Shown: positions 35,014 to 47,072, counted from the first letter of the stretch. The stretch is 64,000 nucleotides of DNA from Minutocellus sp. GHC0000111 (GCA_977018835.1 OZ361260.1:992001-1056000), one strand, 5' to 3'. Numbers and translations: made by a program. Notes: generated from the letters alone by a model not told the origin.

Positions 35014-36819
35014 TTACTCGGTGCTATTGCAAGCTTCATCTACCTCCTTGGATTGAACGTCGTTCAATCCAATGGCCTTCCTCTGAAGAGCACGGAGGAC
35101 CAGTAGAACCTCCTTCTCATCATCTGGACATTCTGCTAGCATTACAGAGAGCACTTCCAAGGCATTGTCGTTCCGCTTACCTTCAATGTAGTAGGGATCC
35201 TCCGCAAGATTGACGCGGTTTGATTGTACAGCCAAGATCACTTCATTCTTGATTTTCTTTTCATAGGCTTCGCCCTCGTTCTCCCCACAATGGGCTTGAT
35301 AGTTGACGTACTGTTCGGCGGCTGCTGCCACCGGACCAAGTGTCCGATGCCCTTCTTCCAGTCTATTTTCAGGGGTATCGCCATTGGGCGCCCGTGGGTC
35401 ACTTGGACTCTCAGGTGCCCCTGAGGTTGTTGTGTTGCTAGTAGTCGTTGCTGCTGCTGAAGCATCCTGTGAGGAGCTAGATGTGCTACTCTCATGGCTC
35501 TCACTGCCATCCATCTTGCGACATTTGGTCAAGAGCCATCCAAAGAATTTGGCACCTGGTCTGTTGAAGTAAAGGTCGGCAATCGTGGAGACGACCAAGT
35601 CAAGAAAGCTCACTACTGATATCACCGCCCAATTCGGAGACATGTACTGAAAATCGAAGTTGATCTTGGGGTTGAAAGTTGCTGTTTCAATAAAGTAGTA
35701 TGAGGATATTGCCACCAACATGATTATTCGGACCTGTGAAAAAAGATTGGTACATCGTTCAATGTGGTATGGGGCGGGGGTACATGTAGGCATGTGTGAT
35801 TTAGAAAAACGACATAATGTAAATCACCCGTCAGATAGGCACGTGAATTGCCCATTATGTCCAGAGGGACCGGGACCAGGACCAGGACCACGGCCAGGAA
35901 CACAGCAAGCAAGGAGTAATATTCTTACCAGCCAGTAGGTTATAAAAGAAACCGCGTACAAGACCCAGGCCCATATCCAGCAGCAGATCCCCAATTCTTC
36001 CAATCCTTCAAATTCTGAGTCTCTCTCCGTTTCTTTGCAGCAGAAAAAGTAACATCCACAGAAGATAAAGAAATAGCACAGTATTCCAAAGGAAGCATAA
36101 TAGGCCAAGAAGGCATAAAATATGATATCCTGATCAGAAAAATCAAAAAGCGAGTTGGCGTCTCCAAGTGGCCCACTTGTTTCCATCACAAAGCCACACC
36201 TTTCTTCGTAAAACCACGACCCGACGAATCCTTTGGAAAAGTTACAGATGACAGTGAAAACAACACCAAATTTGATTGGTTTGGGGGGGGAGTTGTGCTT
36301 ACTTTCAAAAGTAACGAGACCAATGACCAAGTTATAATTGCCAGCATATAGCGCTTTAGAGCAGAAAAGGGCAAAGGTGATGATCATAAAGCCATAAAAG
36401 AGGAATATAATCAAAAAAAACAACGGAAGCCCATCATTAGTTGCTGAGTATTCTTGAGGTTCTTGAGGAGTAGGTCCTTTGTCCATGCGGTATAGTTGAT
36501 ATCCTTCACATTCAAATGATTCAACGTCTGTTCTGACAAACTCATATGACTGTTCATCGCGTTCAGGATGATAATAATAAGTATTAAATCCATCGTTATC
36601 TCCATGTAGTAAGAAGCCAACGAGGTAGTATATTGCGAGAAGGACCTGGATGGTCATGGCGACGTTCCACTTCCCAGAAAAGCCCTCGACGGCGACCCTT
36701 GCAAACACAGATTTGGTAAGGCCGAAGTTCGGATTGGACAACTCTTGGCGATCGCGATCGACGTCGAGATCGCTTTCTTCACGTTCGTTATTGTGTGTAG
36801 GATGGATTGCTTTTGGCAT
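35014..36819 (-). CDS. Multi-pass membrane protein of unknown function (probable frameshift ~35912 and intron ending ~35734)
   Basis: Many hydrophobic helices across ORFs 35824..36834, 35724..35912 and 35014..35793. Exact splicing is not resolved. Confidence 0.55.
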
Positions 36820-37327
36820 GGCGTCGTTTGGCAATAGAAGTTTTGAATATCAGCCTTCTCTTTTTTAATTTGTCGTTCTGCTCGTTTTATGATTCATTCG
36901 GATAACAGTTTTCGTGGCTCTTTGAAGCTTCGCATCGTTCTCCGTTTCGTCTTGGAATTTTCTTTCGTGCCAGACATCGTATCTTGACGCCGAGCAACGT
37001 CGGATGTGCCTAGGAATTCCTAGTCTATTGCCATGCACATTCCAAGTGCATAAAAATAAATTGGTAACGTCGAGAGTTCAGCGCAGCGCAATGGCATGCA
37101 TAATTGCTATTCCAGATAGGAGCCTCCTCGTCGACTTTATGACGTGATTCATTCCATCGGCGGCGTATCTTTTTCGCAACAGAAAGTACACAAAGCCCGT
37201 GAATGTGGTTTACGTATCGTACGTACCGATGGCCGGAAAACGACGACAGCCACGGCAGGCACCTTTCATGCATCTCAATTTGTGCTAACATGTAGACCTT
37301 GAAGACCTATTTTAGCAGACGAGAGCA

Positions 37328-39418
37328 CTACATATCACAATGCCCCTCCCAGTCTTTGTAGTTTCGCACTATGAAGAAAGGAAACACACGGAAGGAAGAT
37401 TTTGGTGAGAGCGAGATCAATGCAACTCCAACGTAACGAATAAAAAAGAAAGAGTATTCACAAACTCCAAGCCCACCAATCCCCTACGCACTTCGTAACC
37501 ACGCATTGGCACCAAATTTCTGCCCCTTCTTCACTGGTTGGGCTTCATGCCATGCCCAGTCTTCGAGTGCATCCGTATCATCGTTCCTCACACTCGGCCA
37601 AATCAGCGCCATTCCCTTTTTGGGCTTGACGTCAATGTTCAGCGCATTGAGCCGAGTTTCTCCGCCCTCCTCTACGTCGTTGAGGTAAAGAAACACCGTA
37701 ATGATTCGGTTGCCACAAAATAATTCATTCCAATGCCACACTGCGTCGTGGTGTTCCTCATAATGTTCGTCGACCTCGTACTTGAGTAGTTGTAAGTCTT
37801 CGCTGTTCTCCTTGGGGATGCCTGTCAAAGCTTCAATGCGGTTCATGACGGCCATGTTGATTTCCGAATCGTAGCAATCATCGCTGCAGAATGTGTTGCG
37901 ACTAGTCCGGCCAGAGTCCACTATTCCTTCGTCGCTCATCATGCCTTCATCTCCCAGATCCACAACCTTTGTGGACTGCTCAAAGCCCAAACGATATCCC
38001 TCCTTGATGAAATGGTCGCATTCTTCATCCGACAAAACGTTATCCAAGGTCAGCACATATGGCTTTTCGTGGTCCAGATCCTCGATCCAATCCTTTTCCT
38101 TTTCGATCCATTCGTTGAAATTTTTATATCCCAACGCGGTATAGTCCACCGCTGGCTCCACTTCAGTCAACTCGAGTCCATGAGACTCAAGAAAGTCCTC
38201 TCTGCTTTCGGGGTGCGACAGTATTGAGATCTTATCCTTCGGGTAGTTTTCAATGATTCGTTCAAACAGTGGCACTATTTCCTTGTCGCCCATGGCGTCC
38301 TCCATGTCGGGCTTGGACCCGCATCGGTAACAGTAGTCCACGGTCATGCAGGCCTGACAGGCCGGACCGCACGTCGTTTGCATCCAGCGCAGTTCCAGCT
38401 CATTGGTACACCATCCCGTGGCGGCGTAGTAGCTGCACTTGGGATCGAAGTTGTAGCAATCCCTCCGCACGTTCTCGAATCGTTCCTCTGCCAGTACGTG
38501 ATTGAGCATGTACTCGGCTGTCTCCTCAATGTTTTCACGGATGGCGGCGTTGGTTGCCTCGTCGTCGTGGTAGTTCGTAAGTTGCGGCACTCCAAAATTG
38601 ATTACGTTCAATTCACCTTCGGTTTAGCAAACGTTGCAAGACCTAGGGCAATACTCCTCCATGTATTCGTAGTTGTGCCAACATCCGTTGTGCTCCCAGA
38701 TCCATTCCTTACACCGTTCCTCGTAATCGATGCATTCATATTCCTCGTCGTCCTCTTCTTCGGCATCAGCCTCTTCAGCCTCTTCACCCTCCTCCTCTTC
38801 CTCATCCAGCACGTGATAGTAGTACACATACCCCTTGGCGGCATCCTCATACATTTGTTCCTCCGTCAGATCCTTGGCGGTAACACCGGCAATGTCCCCA
38901 CAGGCATCGGCACACCGTCCCAGCATCTGGGGACGACGTTCGGGATGGAGGCACCGGGTGGCATCTTCGGTGACCCACTTGACACAGGTTGCGGCATCGA
39001 CGGTGGATTCAACGTAGCCGCTTTCCTCCTCCTCTTCGTCTTCTCTCTCTTCCTGGGATTCAGCGTCACTTTCTACTGTTTCGTCATTAGCATCGGCATT
39101 GGCACATTCCCCATCCTTGTCGGCATTGGACCCAGCGCCGCACATGCGGCTGGCGAATGATTTCGAGGGTGGAGGCTTCATCATCTCCTGCTGCTGTTCG
39201 GCCGCCGACGCAAATAAGAACGAAGGGAGGAGGTGGTGCAGTTTATGGATATCGTTTGGATGGTGGGTCTCGTTTGACTGCTCGGTGGTGGCACCTGTAG
39301 CGCCTGCCGAGGAGGATGTTGCGCATGTCGTCAGCGAAGCGGCCAGAAGGGCTACCGCCAGCGGCGACAGGCCGGCGGAGGCGCTCTGGCGATTGCAACG
39401 ACGGAGGCTTCTCGTCAT
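37328..39418 (-). CDS. ShK-domain prolyl 4-hydroxylase (2OG-Fe(II)); in-frame TAA at 38624-38626; intron 37491-37369
   Basis: Signal peptide; ShK-like CIDYEERC...CPRSCNVC and CYNFDPKC...CGPACQAC; RTSRNT, LQLLKY...HHD, FLYLNDVEEGGET, HEAQPVKKGQKFGANAWLR. Confidence 0.88.
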
Positions 39419-39676
39419 TGCTAATACGATGCAAATGAATGAAGCAAGAGGGCGCCGTTACCGGATAATTTGGCACCAATGCGAGCCACCAAACAAGGTG
39501 GCAACATGAAGCAAAATTTCGAACGGCTCGAAATTTTTGACATAGGCCGACGTACGTAGGCCTACACGCTCGTACCGATCGTAAGATGGAAAAGCACCCG
39601 GAAATACCAACTCTACAGGAAGTCAGCACAAAACCGAAGATACCCGCAGATTGCATTCCTCAAGGCTCGTTCGACC

Positions 39677-40675
39677 ATGCTCTCCTGCTCCGCCCACCAT
39701 TTTGTGGCCAATTCCGCACGGCGTCTGCCCCGGCATCGCCTTCGGCTGGCGTCCAATAATGCCTCCACTGGAACAATCTCCAAGGATGCGGCATCTTCTG
39801 CGACAACTTCAATAGCAGTGGAAGAACCAACGCACCGTCAGCTCCTGATTGTTGCCCTCCGTAGTGCCATCCCCATGGTAGGCTTCGGCTTCATGGACAA
39901 CATCGTCATGATCCAGGCCGGAGATCTCATTGATAATTTCATCGGCGTCACCTTTGGATTGTCCACGCTGACGGCGGCGGGATTTGGTCAGTGCATCAGC
40001 GACGTCGCTGGCTTTACGTCCGGTGGGATCGTCGATGCGGCCGTGTCGAAACTGAATATGCCCACCCACGGCCTGTCGCAGGCGCAGCTGGGATTGAAGT
40101 CGGCCCGCATCTACCACACGGCCGGTGGGTGCGTCGGCGTCGTCGTCGGGTGCTTGCTGGGCATGTGCAGCCTGTTCTTTATGGACACCGACAAGAAGGA
40201 ACGGGAACGCAAGGCCAAGGAATTGAAGACCATCTTTGAAACCATTACTAGAGATGGGTCGAAATTGGTCCGGGCCGAGCGGTGCAGTCTGTGGATACAC
40301 GATGAAAACAAGCATGAACTGTGGACGCAGGTGGCATCGGGTACCAAGAAGGGGGAGATATTGCGCATACCGGATAACACCGGCGTGGCCGGCGCGGCCG
40401 TGCAGGAGGCTACCATTATCAACATACCCGATGCCTACGAGGACAGTCGGTTCAATCCAGAAGTCGATAAGAAGACGGGATATCGAACTCGGTCGATAAT
40501 AGCCGTGCCCATCATGCAGGAGGAGGGTGGAAAGGTGATCGGGTGCATCCAAATGGTCAACAAGAAGAATAATGATTTTACCGATGGTATATTTGATGAG
40601 AACGACGCCAAGCTCCTTCGAATGTTGAGCAATCATGTCAAGGCTTTCACTAAAATTGTGACGGGAGACGACTAG
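39677..40675 (+). CDS. TMEM65-family protein fused to a C-terminal GAF domain; mitochondrial-like presequence
   Basis: AIPMVGFGFMDNIVMIQAGDLID...LSTLTAAGFGQCISDVAG...GCLLGM, then AERCSLW...GVAG...NIPDAYEDSRFNPEVDKKTGYRTRSIIAVP...QMVNKK...FDENDAKLL. Confidence 0.88.
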   Translation: MLSCSAHHFVANSARRLPRHRLRLASNNASTGTISKDAASSATTSIAVEEPTHRQLLIVALRSAIPMVGFGFMDNIVMIQAGDLIDNFIGVTFGLSTLTAAGFGQCISDVAGFTSGGIVDAAVSKLNMPTHGLSQAQLGLKSARIYHTAGGCVGVVVGCLLGMCSLFFMDTDKKERERKAKELKTIFETITRDGSKLVRAERCSLWIHDENKHELWTQVASGTKKGEILRIPDNTGVAGAAVQEATIINIPDAYEDSRFNPEVDKKTGYRTRSIIAVPIMQEEGGKVIGCIQMVNKKNNDFTDGIFDENDAKLLRMLSNHVKAFTKIVTGDD

Positions 40676-40746
40676 CTAGATTTACTATCTCAAGAAGATT
40701 AATTAAATGCATAACGAGGTTCAAAGTACATCTGCATTTTACAAGC

Positions 40747-42570
40747 TTACCACCAGCTTTCTCCATCTTTAAAGTGGGCACCATTGCCAACACCTCCGCT
40801 TGACAGCAGATGATACAATTTATCAACAGCCACATGCAATAGAGGATTGACTTCAAGGCTTTCATCAATGTCCTCATTTTTAGACAGTCGTAGGATGTCC
40901 TTCACCGGAAGGTTGCTGGAGGTTGCAGCAATACGCTGGAAGAAAAATCTGTCTTTTTTTGACATGGCAACAACAAGTGACACCGGTAGATCAACCTTTA
41001 CGTACTCGAGGAGATCGAACAGACATTCTTCTGCATCACCTGAGAGCTCGATATCCTTCCCAATTACTGATGCTGCAAAGTCCACAGCATCGACAATTGA
41101 AAGGCTTTTGTTTTCAAATACTCCATACGGAACTGAATCGGGTGGATTCGATGAAATTATTCCTCGAAGAATCTCGGGTGTTGCAGATTCGTTTTCAGCC
41201 ACCCTTTCTACAATGCGGATATCACCATCTTTCGCCAGTGTCTCCAAAATATGAATAGGCGTGCTTTCATTACTCGCAATCTATGCGTCATCATTCAGCA
41301 AGAGTTCCAGCGTTGCTGGACTCGCATTTTTGTTCCCTGCAACTCCAAGTCGCACCCTTTCATCGTCAGAGGTTGCAAGACGTGCAAGGACTTCTTGCGA
41401 AGTATTCGAGTTGCCGGCGACAAGTCGATCATTACGCTCATCGTCGATCCCAACTAATTGATCCAGGGCATCGGAATTGTCGCTGTAGCGGGCTATTATC
41501 GAGCGATGGCTCTTCCTCGCTTCGTCAAAAATGAGATTCAAGTGATTTTCGTGACTTCGGGCCAGATCATAGAGTACATCAGAATCATCATCTAGCGCCA
41601 ACTTCGTCAAAAGGTCCAAGCTTGCGTTGGGATTCCTGGCAACTCCAGCACGGATTTGTTCTGACGCGTCAACACTGAGAGAAATTAGTGTGTCTCGGGG
41701 AGTCTGGGGATTGCTGGCGACTTCAGCTCGGACATACGTTTCAGCATCTAATGAGAGTTTACGGAGCAAATAACAAGGGGTAGATCGATTCTGGGCGACG
41801 CATCTGCGAACCCAAGAGTCCTCATGCGCAGATAGAAAGTCCAAATCAAAGCCCCGGGTATTTTTATGGCCTGCGATATTGAACAAAGCATTCGTTAAAA
41901 AACCTTCTGCCAGCTTTGCTTGCGGAAGGCGCACGAGAATCGCGGAAAGAAGTTCCGAAGTAGCAACCGCACTTTCAGTGACATACCCGTAGATTTCTGG
42001 TTTTCCAAGACGGACCAGATCGGCAAGAACCTGGGCGGAATTTCCGCGGCAAAAACCTATCGACTGGTCAACCAGCTCGTCGTTGCCAGAATTGATCACA
42101 TCGCTTATGACCGCATTAGACGTGAGGGGCGATCTAACAAGAATTTTCCACCCGAGGTTCGTCAGTGTCCAACAGCCAGAATTTTTCCCCATGTAGGCCG
42201 CCGAAGCGGGTTCCGTCAGAATTCGACGCAAAAGCACGAGATCTACGTCGTCTGGACGCGCCACTACCGGAAGCTCCAGCGCTCGCAAATCATCGGCCGG
42301 CAGCTCATCCATGGCCTTGCGCCACTCCCAGTCGCCTCGCAAGTTGGCGATGCCCTCAGGACCGGCATATAGCAACAGCTTCGCATATAGCTCGCCGCCA
42401 AAAACCAGGGCGACTGCCTTTTGGTAAAGCTCCTCTTCCGTCTCGGCGTTCTGAACTGAAGCTGCGGTGAGAAGTCGCTGCTTCTTGGTCTTGGGTTCGG
42501 AGTCTCCACGGTCATTATCATCTCCGACCGCCGAGCGAGATACGCCCGAGGTCTTGGCCTTGCCACTCAT
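40747..42570 (-). CDS. LRV/HEAT-like repeat protein, possible F-box-like N-terminus; in-frame TAG at 41281-41283
   Basis: Repeats of L..D....VR..VA.NP.TP...L..L. The two ORFs are in the same frame (DDA*IASNESTP). Confidence 0.7.
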
Positions 42571-43097
42571 GGGACCGGAATAAAACAAATGAAAGCTTGG
42601 TGGCAAATGAATGATAGTTTGATGTAATATTCCACTCGCAGTGCCAATTCAGACCCCACTCGACTTGCTTGCACGAACGTCTCGCTTCGGGTGCGTGGTT
42701 CAGATAAATCTCGGCTCGGGTGGTGTTGCGCGGAATCAATCACCGTAGTCCGACCAGACCACCGAGGACGGCTACTAGCTACGTAGAGGTGGACACAAAC
42801 CTTATGCCTCGGTGGTATCTGTCCTCATTCCGCAACCAGAACCGTGTACCACCAGCGTCAAATCCCCGCCGTTTTGCAAAAAATGAGCAGATCCTCTCTG
42901 CTCATTTCGCTTTCCGGGTTCGTTCTTCGAGCGAGTTTATTTTGGGTCCGTCCGTCGCCTCCACCCAGCAAAGCTCAAATCAAATCAGCACGTCTTGTGT
43001 CGGTTTGCGTATCTGCCATCTGCCACTCTACCGCAACCTTCTGCGTATACATTGGAAGACCAACACCACCAACAAGCAGCAAGATTCGAGCAAGAAG

Positions 43098-46000
43098 ATG
43101 AAGGAGATCAAAAAGATGAAGGCGGTCGAACTCCGGGCCGAGCTAAAGCGGCGGGGTTTGCCCACCGACGGACTCAAGGCGGTGCTGGCCGCGCGGTTGC
43201 AGGACGACGAGGACCAGAAGCAGCAGGCGGAGGCTGCTGCTGTTGAAGAGGCACCTGCTGAAGAGGCAGCTGCTGAGGAAGAAATGGAGGTGGATCAGGA
43301 GGAACCAAATGCCGAAACTGCACCAGAGCCAGAAGAGGAGCCCGCGGCCGCTCCAGCTGAGCCGGCACCTGCGGTCGAACCGGTGGAACCAGCCAAGCCG
43401 GAGGAGGCACCGGTACCTGCACCAGCGCCAGCGGAGGAGGCGGAGGAAGACAAGATGGACGTATCCGGCGATGATGACGAGGACGATGAGACGAAGGAGG
43501 CAGAGCCGGAGAATAACAACGGCAAGGAGGCCGAGCAAGAGAAGCCGCCGGCGCCGGCAGAGGAAGCCAAAGCTGAGGAAGAGAAGCCTGCTGCTGCCTC
43601 TCTGCCCCCTCCGCCACCACCACCACCACCACCTCCAGCTGCAGAAGATATCCCCCCGCCTCCACCCCCGCCTCCTGCCCCAACGGCCGCTGCATCTGTT
43701 CCTGTATCTGCCGCCGATTCCTCCTCTCAAAGCACCGGCATTCAGCTGACCCCCGAAATCTCCTCCCTCCTCAACGCCGCCACGGCCCATCTCGAAACCC
43801 ACCGCGTCCACCTGACCGAGCTGGAATCGTCCCTCCTACTGTCGACCACGCTGCTCCGACATCCGGAGGGACTGTCCACTGCCCAGGCTGCGAAGTTGCC
43901 AGGAGCGGTGAGAGACGCGTGGCACGCACTGGGAGATGGCTGCCGGCCGATGGGACGGGAGGCCGCCGCTTCCGGAGAGGACTTGGGCGTGCTGGGCATC
44001 GAAGCGGCGGGTGCTGCAACTACATCTGCAGGAGGTGGCGCTGCTACCAGTGGTGGTGGGGAGGATGGGGGCGGTGCCAAGCCCGGCGATGGGATGGAGG
44101 TCGTCGTCACCCCCGGCCAATTGGGGGTGGCATCCCGTTCGGCGGCGCTGTCCACCGCCATCCATCGGGTGGTCGAGGTGTCGCAGCAGTTGGCCAAGAC
44201 GAAGAATGTCGATGCAGAAGGAGGAGGAAAGAGCGAACAGCAAGTGCAGGTTGTCCGGGACGTAACGGACATGCTCCGCCAGATTGACGACGTGGCCAAG
44301 GAGGCCGAGGAGGCTGCTGCTGGTGGTGAGGCTGCTGCTGGCAGTGGTGGTGCCAAGATTATGGGCGCCGCCATCAATACCACCAAGGGATCGACCGACG
44401 TCCTCCTCGAGGCGTTCTACGCCCGCCTTTCCGAGGTGCGGGAGTACCATGCCAAGCACGAGGTGGCCGAGGACGCCGTCATGGCGGCCGTTGGTGGTGG
44501 TGGTGCAATGCCCGCCGCCGCTGCTACTGCTACCGCTGCCGACGATGCTGCCATGGATATCGACGAATCGTCCCGTCAAAAGATACTGGCCCTCACGCAG
44601 GGTTCCAAACGGCGCAAGATCCGCCATGGCAACCCACAGGCCGATGGGTACGATCTGCACTCGCTGCTGCTGACGGAAATGTCCAAGGTCCGCGGAGGAG
44701 ATCTGTACAGTCCCCAGGAGGTGTTTGGCAAGTACCTCGATCTGACCGATGTGCACGATGGTCTGGCTGCCGGCGTGGGGGGTGGAAGTAGTAGTGGTGG
44801 AAGTGCCACGCTCCGGACGGAGCTGGCCAAGGTTGCTGCTGCCGCGTCGGCGTCGACATCGGCGGGTTCTGCAACGGCCAAGCCAGCGGCGTCCTCCGCC
44901 GACATGGAAGAAGAGAAGAAAGATGACGATGGCGCAAGTGCATCCGTCGCATTTCCCTACGTCGACTTCCTGTCGCTCCTCACCCAACCTCTGGGCACGC
45001 TTCTTCCCGAACCCACCAAGCTCAACAATCGCAAGGCGTACGTGCGATTCCTTTCGGCGCTGTATGACTACCTCCTTGGATTCCTTCGCCGGACGATGCC
45101 CCTGCTCGATGTCGAAGGGGAGGTCATCCGACCGGCGATGGACGAGTTCGAACGGACATGGGGTGAGACCGGGGGCTATCCAGGGTGGGAGAGCAGGGTG
45201 GCTGAAAAGGTGTTAGCATCGACGTCCTCCGGGGAAGGTAATGCCGAATCTTCAACATCGTCTGCAAGCACTGGCACAAACATTGACTTGGCATCCTACA
45301 CCGGCCCTCAAGAGCTTTGTGATGCCATCGACGCCGATACTCTTAAGGCCGAACTGTCCCGCATCGGGCTCAAGTGCGGCGGTGCACCGCTTGATAGGGC
45401 CAAGAGACTCTTCCTCCTCAAGGATACAGCCTTATCTGATCTTCCTAAGAAGGTTTGGGCAAAGGGACGCGGCCCTCCACCTCCTACAGCTGCTGCCGAT
45501 GGCGACAAAAAGCCTGAGGGAGCGTCAGATGGTAGCGACGGCGGTACCAAGGCTTCGGTATCCTCGGCATCCTCTGCCCTCACTTCGTCCTCTCTTGCCG
45601 GATCGTCTCGACGAATTGACGTCTCCCGACTTGAAGTAGCGACACAATCATTGCTTGGCCAGCTCCGTCCCACTCTGGATGCTACCGCCCGCCGTGCCGA
45701 GCGCCAACTGTACCAAACCTCCAATGAGCGAGAGAACGAGCTCGATGAGGAGATCAATGGCATCGCTGGAGTGCGGGGAAAGAAACCCAAGGATGGCAAG
45801 GACAAGGGCGACGAAGAGGATGGGGACAGTGACAACGACAGCGACGAGGAGGATGCACCCATCTACAATCCCAAGGGCGTACCTCTTGGTTGGGACGGCA
45901 AACCCATCCCATATTGGCTCTTCAAGCTGCACGGCCTAAATCACTTCTACTCGTGTGAGATCTGCGGCAACGAATCCTATCGTGGCCGGCACAACTTTGA

Positions 46001-46238
46001 GAAGCACTTCCAGGAGTCCAAGCACGTCTACGGAATGCGATGTTTGGGCATCCCCAACACCCGTCACTTCCATGGTGTTACCAAGATCGAGGATGCGCAG
46101 CATCTATGGGCCAAGTTGCAGCAGACTGTTGAGGGCAACGTCTTTGACGGTGAGAAGGAGGAGGAGTACGAGGATTCTCATGGCAATGTGCTTACGAGAA
46201 AAACGTATGAGGACTTGTCGAGGCAGGGTTTGCTCTAG
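43098..46238 (+). CDS. SF3A3: Splicing factor SF3a60/Prp9 with an extra N-terminal SAP domain
   Basis: FYARLSEVREYH, EVFGKYLDL, LKCGGAPLDRAKRLF, YNPKGVPLGWDGKPIPYWLFKLHGL, CEICGNESYRGR...HF...HVYGMRCLGIPNT, EEYEDSHGNV...DLSRQGLL. Confidence 0.95.
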   Translation: MKEIKKMKAVELRAELKRRGLPTDGLKAVLAARLQDDEDQKQQAEAAAVEEAPAEEAAAEEEMEVDQEEPNAETAPEPEEEPAAAPAEPAPAVEPVEPAKPEEAPVPAPAPAEEAEEDKMDVSGDDDEDDETKEAEPENNNGKEAEQEKPPAPAEEAKAEEEKPAAASLPPPPPPPPPPPAAEDIPPPPPPPPAPTAAASVPVSAADSSSQSTGIQLTPEISSLLNAATAHLETHRVHLTELESSLLLSTTLLRHPEGLSTAQAAKLPGAVRDAWHALGDGCRPMGREAAASGEDLGVLGIEAAGAATTSAGGGAATSGGGEDGGGAKPGDGMEVVVTPGQLGVASRSAALSTAIHRVVEVSQQLAKTKNVDAEGGGKSEQQVQVVRDVTDMLRQIDDVAKEAEEAAAGGEAAAGSGGAKIMGAAINTTKGSTDVLLEAFYARLSEVREYHAKHEVAEDAVMAAVGGGGAMPAAAATATAADDAAMDIDESSRQKILALTQGSKRRKIRHGNPQADGYDLHSLLLTEMSKVRGGDLYSPQEVFGKYLDLTDVHDGLAAGVGGGSSSGGSATLRTELAKVAAAASASTSAGSATAKPAASSADMEEEKKDDDGASASVAFPYVDFLSLLTQPLGTLLPEPTKLNNRKAYVRFLSALYDYLLGFLRRTMPLLDVEGEVIRPAMDEFERTWGETGGYPGWESRVAEKVLASTSSGEGNAESSTSSASTGTNIDLASYTGPQELCDAIDADTLKAELSRIGLKCGGAPLDRAKRLFLLKDTALSDLPKKVWAKGRGPPPPTAAADGDKKPEGASDGSDGGTKASVSSASSALTSSSLAGSSRRIDVSRLEVATQSLLGQLRPTLDATARRAERQLYQTSNERENELDEEINGIAGVRGKKPKDGKDKGDEEDGDSDNDSDEEDAPIYNPKGVPLGWDGKPIPYWLFKLHGLNHFYSCEICGNESYRGRHNFEKHFQESKHVYGMRCLGIPNTRHFHGVTKIEDAQHLWAKLQQTVEGNVFDGEKEEEYEDSHGNVLTRKTYEDLSRQGLL

Positions 46239-46571
46239 CTAGGCCTACGTAGAACACCATACAGCTAAGGTTGCTATATAGTTTTCACTTATAATGTTGT
46301 TTTTGCTTTATGTGCATGTAACGACGACACACTCTATTCTGCATGTGCACCTGTCATGCATACTGTATTGTTACCTTTTCATAACACTATTTTTACGTCG
46401 TATTTCAAGTCATCAAAATTGTCTACACCTCAAGTTTCACTACGCGGCCTACCGGTATTTGCATATCATAATCTCGTGGGACTTTTTAGGAAGAAGAGTG
46501 ACGTAATACTAGAGTAGGCAGATATAGGCACTTCTGCACTTCCACCGAAAGTCGGTCGGTTGCTTGGCTGG

Positions 46572-47072
46572 TTAATCATGAATTGGCACCTCGTAACAGT
46601 ACTCGTCGTTCCCGAGGATGCTCTCCATGGTTACGGACTGTATGCCCTGACGCGGCCTTCGTGAATCGTCCTCCGAAGATGGCTTCACCGCGGATGATCT
46701 TCGGTGCATAAGGTGACTGCTCATCCGCCTGGTCCTGTCTAGAAATTCAACGATGCATTCGTTGATGCTTTCAACGCCAGAGAGCGCCGAGGCGAGCGAA
46801 TCCAAGCTGGTCCGGCGCCTTCGTCCGCTGCCTCGGCGACTTGAACGGCGAGGGCGGGAGCTCGCCGGCTGCTGCTTTGGCGCGTTTGTGGCAATCGCCT
46901 TGGCAGACAATTTTTTGACCAGTAGGCCTACATTGTCATCGTGACCTCGTTTGTTGGTGGTCGAATCCTTGTCGGCCACGACGCTGGCAGTTTCAGCCGA
47001 GTCATCGCACTTGACGGGGCTGCCTGAGGGCAAGTCGACGACCACTTCATCCACGGAGTAACAAGTTCCCAT
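46572..47072 (-). CDS. Small hypothetical protein with N-myristoylation/palmitoylation-like start MGTCYS
   Basis: Open frame beginning MG-x-C-x-S, Arg/Ser-rich. Confidence 0.5.
   Translation of the reverse strand: MGTCYSVDEVVVDLPSGSPVKCDDSAETASVVADKDSTTNKRGHDDNVGLLVKKLSAKAIATNAPKQQPASSRPRRSSRRGSGRRRRTSLDSLASALSGVESINECIVEFLDRTRRMSSHLMHRRSSAVKPSSEDDSRRPRQGIQSVTMESILGNDEYCYEVPIHD

Noticed and set aside
37484..37486. Apparent early stop of the prolyl hydroxylase (WLRSA*)
   Set aside because: It lies inside a GT-AG intron (37491-37369); splicing gives WLRMRNYKDWEGHCDM*.
42720..43097. Non-ATG upstream extensions of ORFs (SF3A3; likewise UTP13 and NBP35)
   Set aside because: They look like promoter or UTR sequence; homology begins at downstream ATGs.
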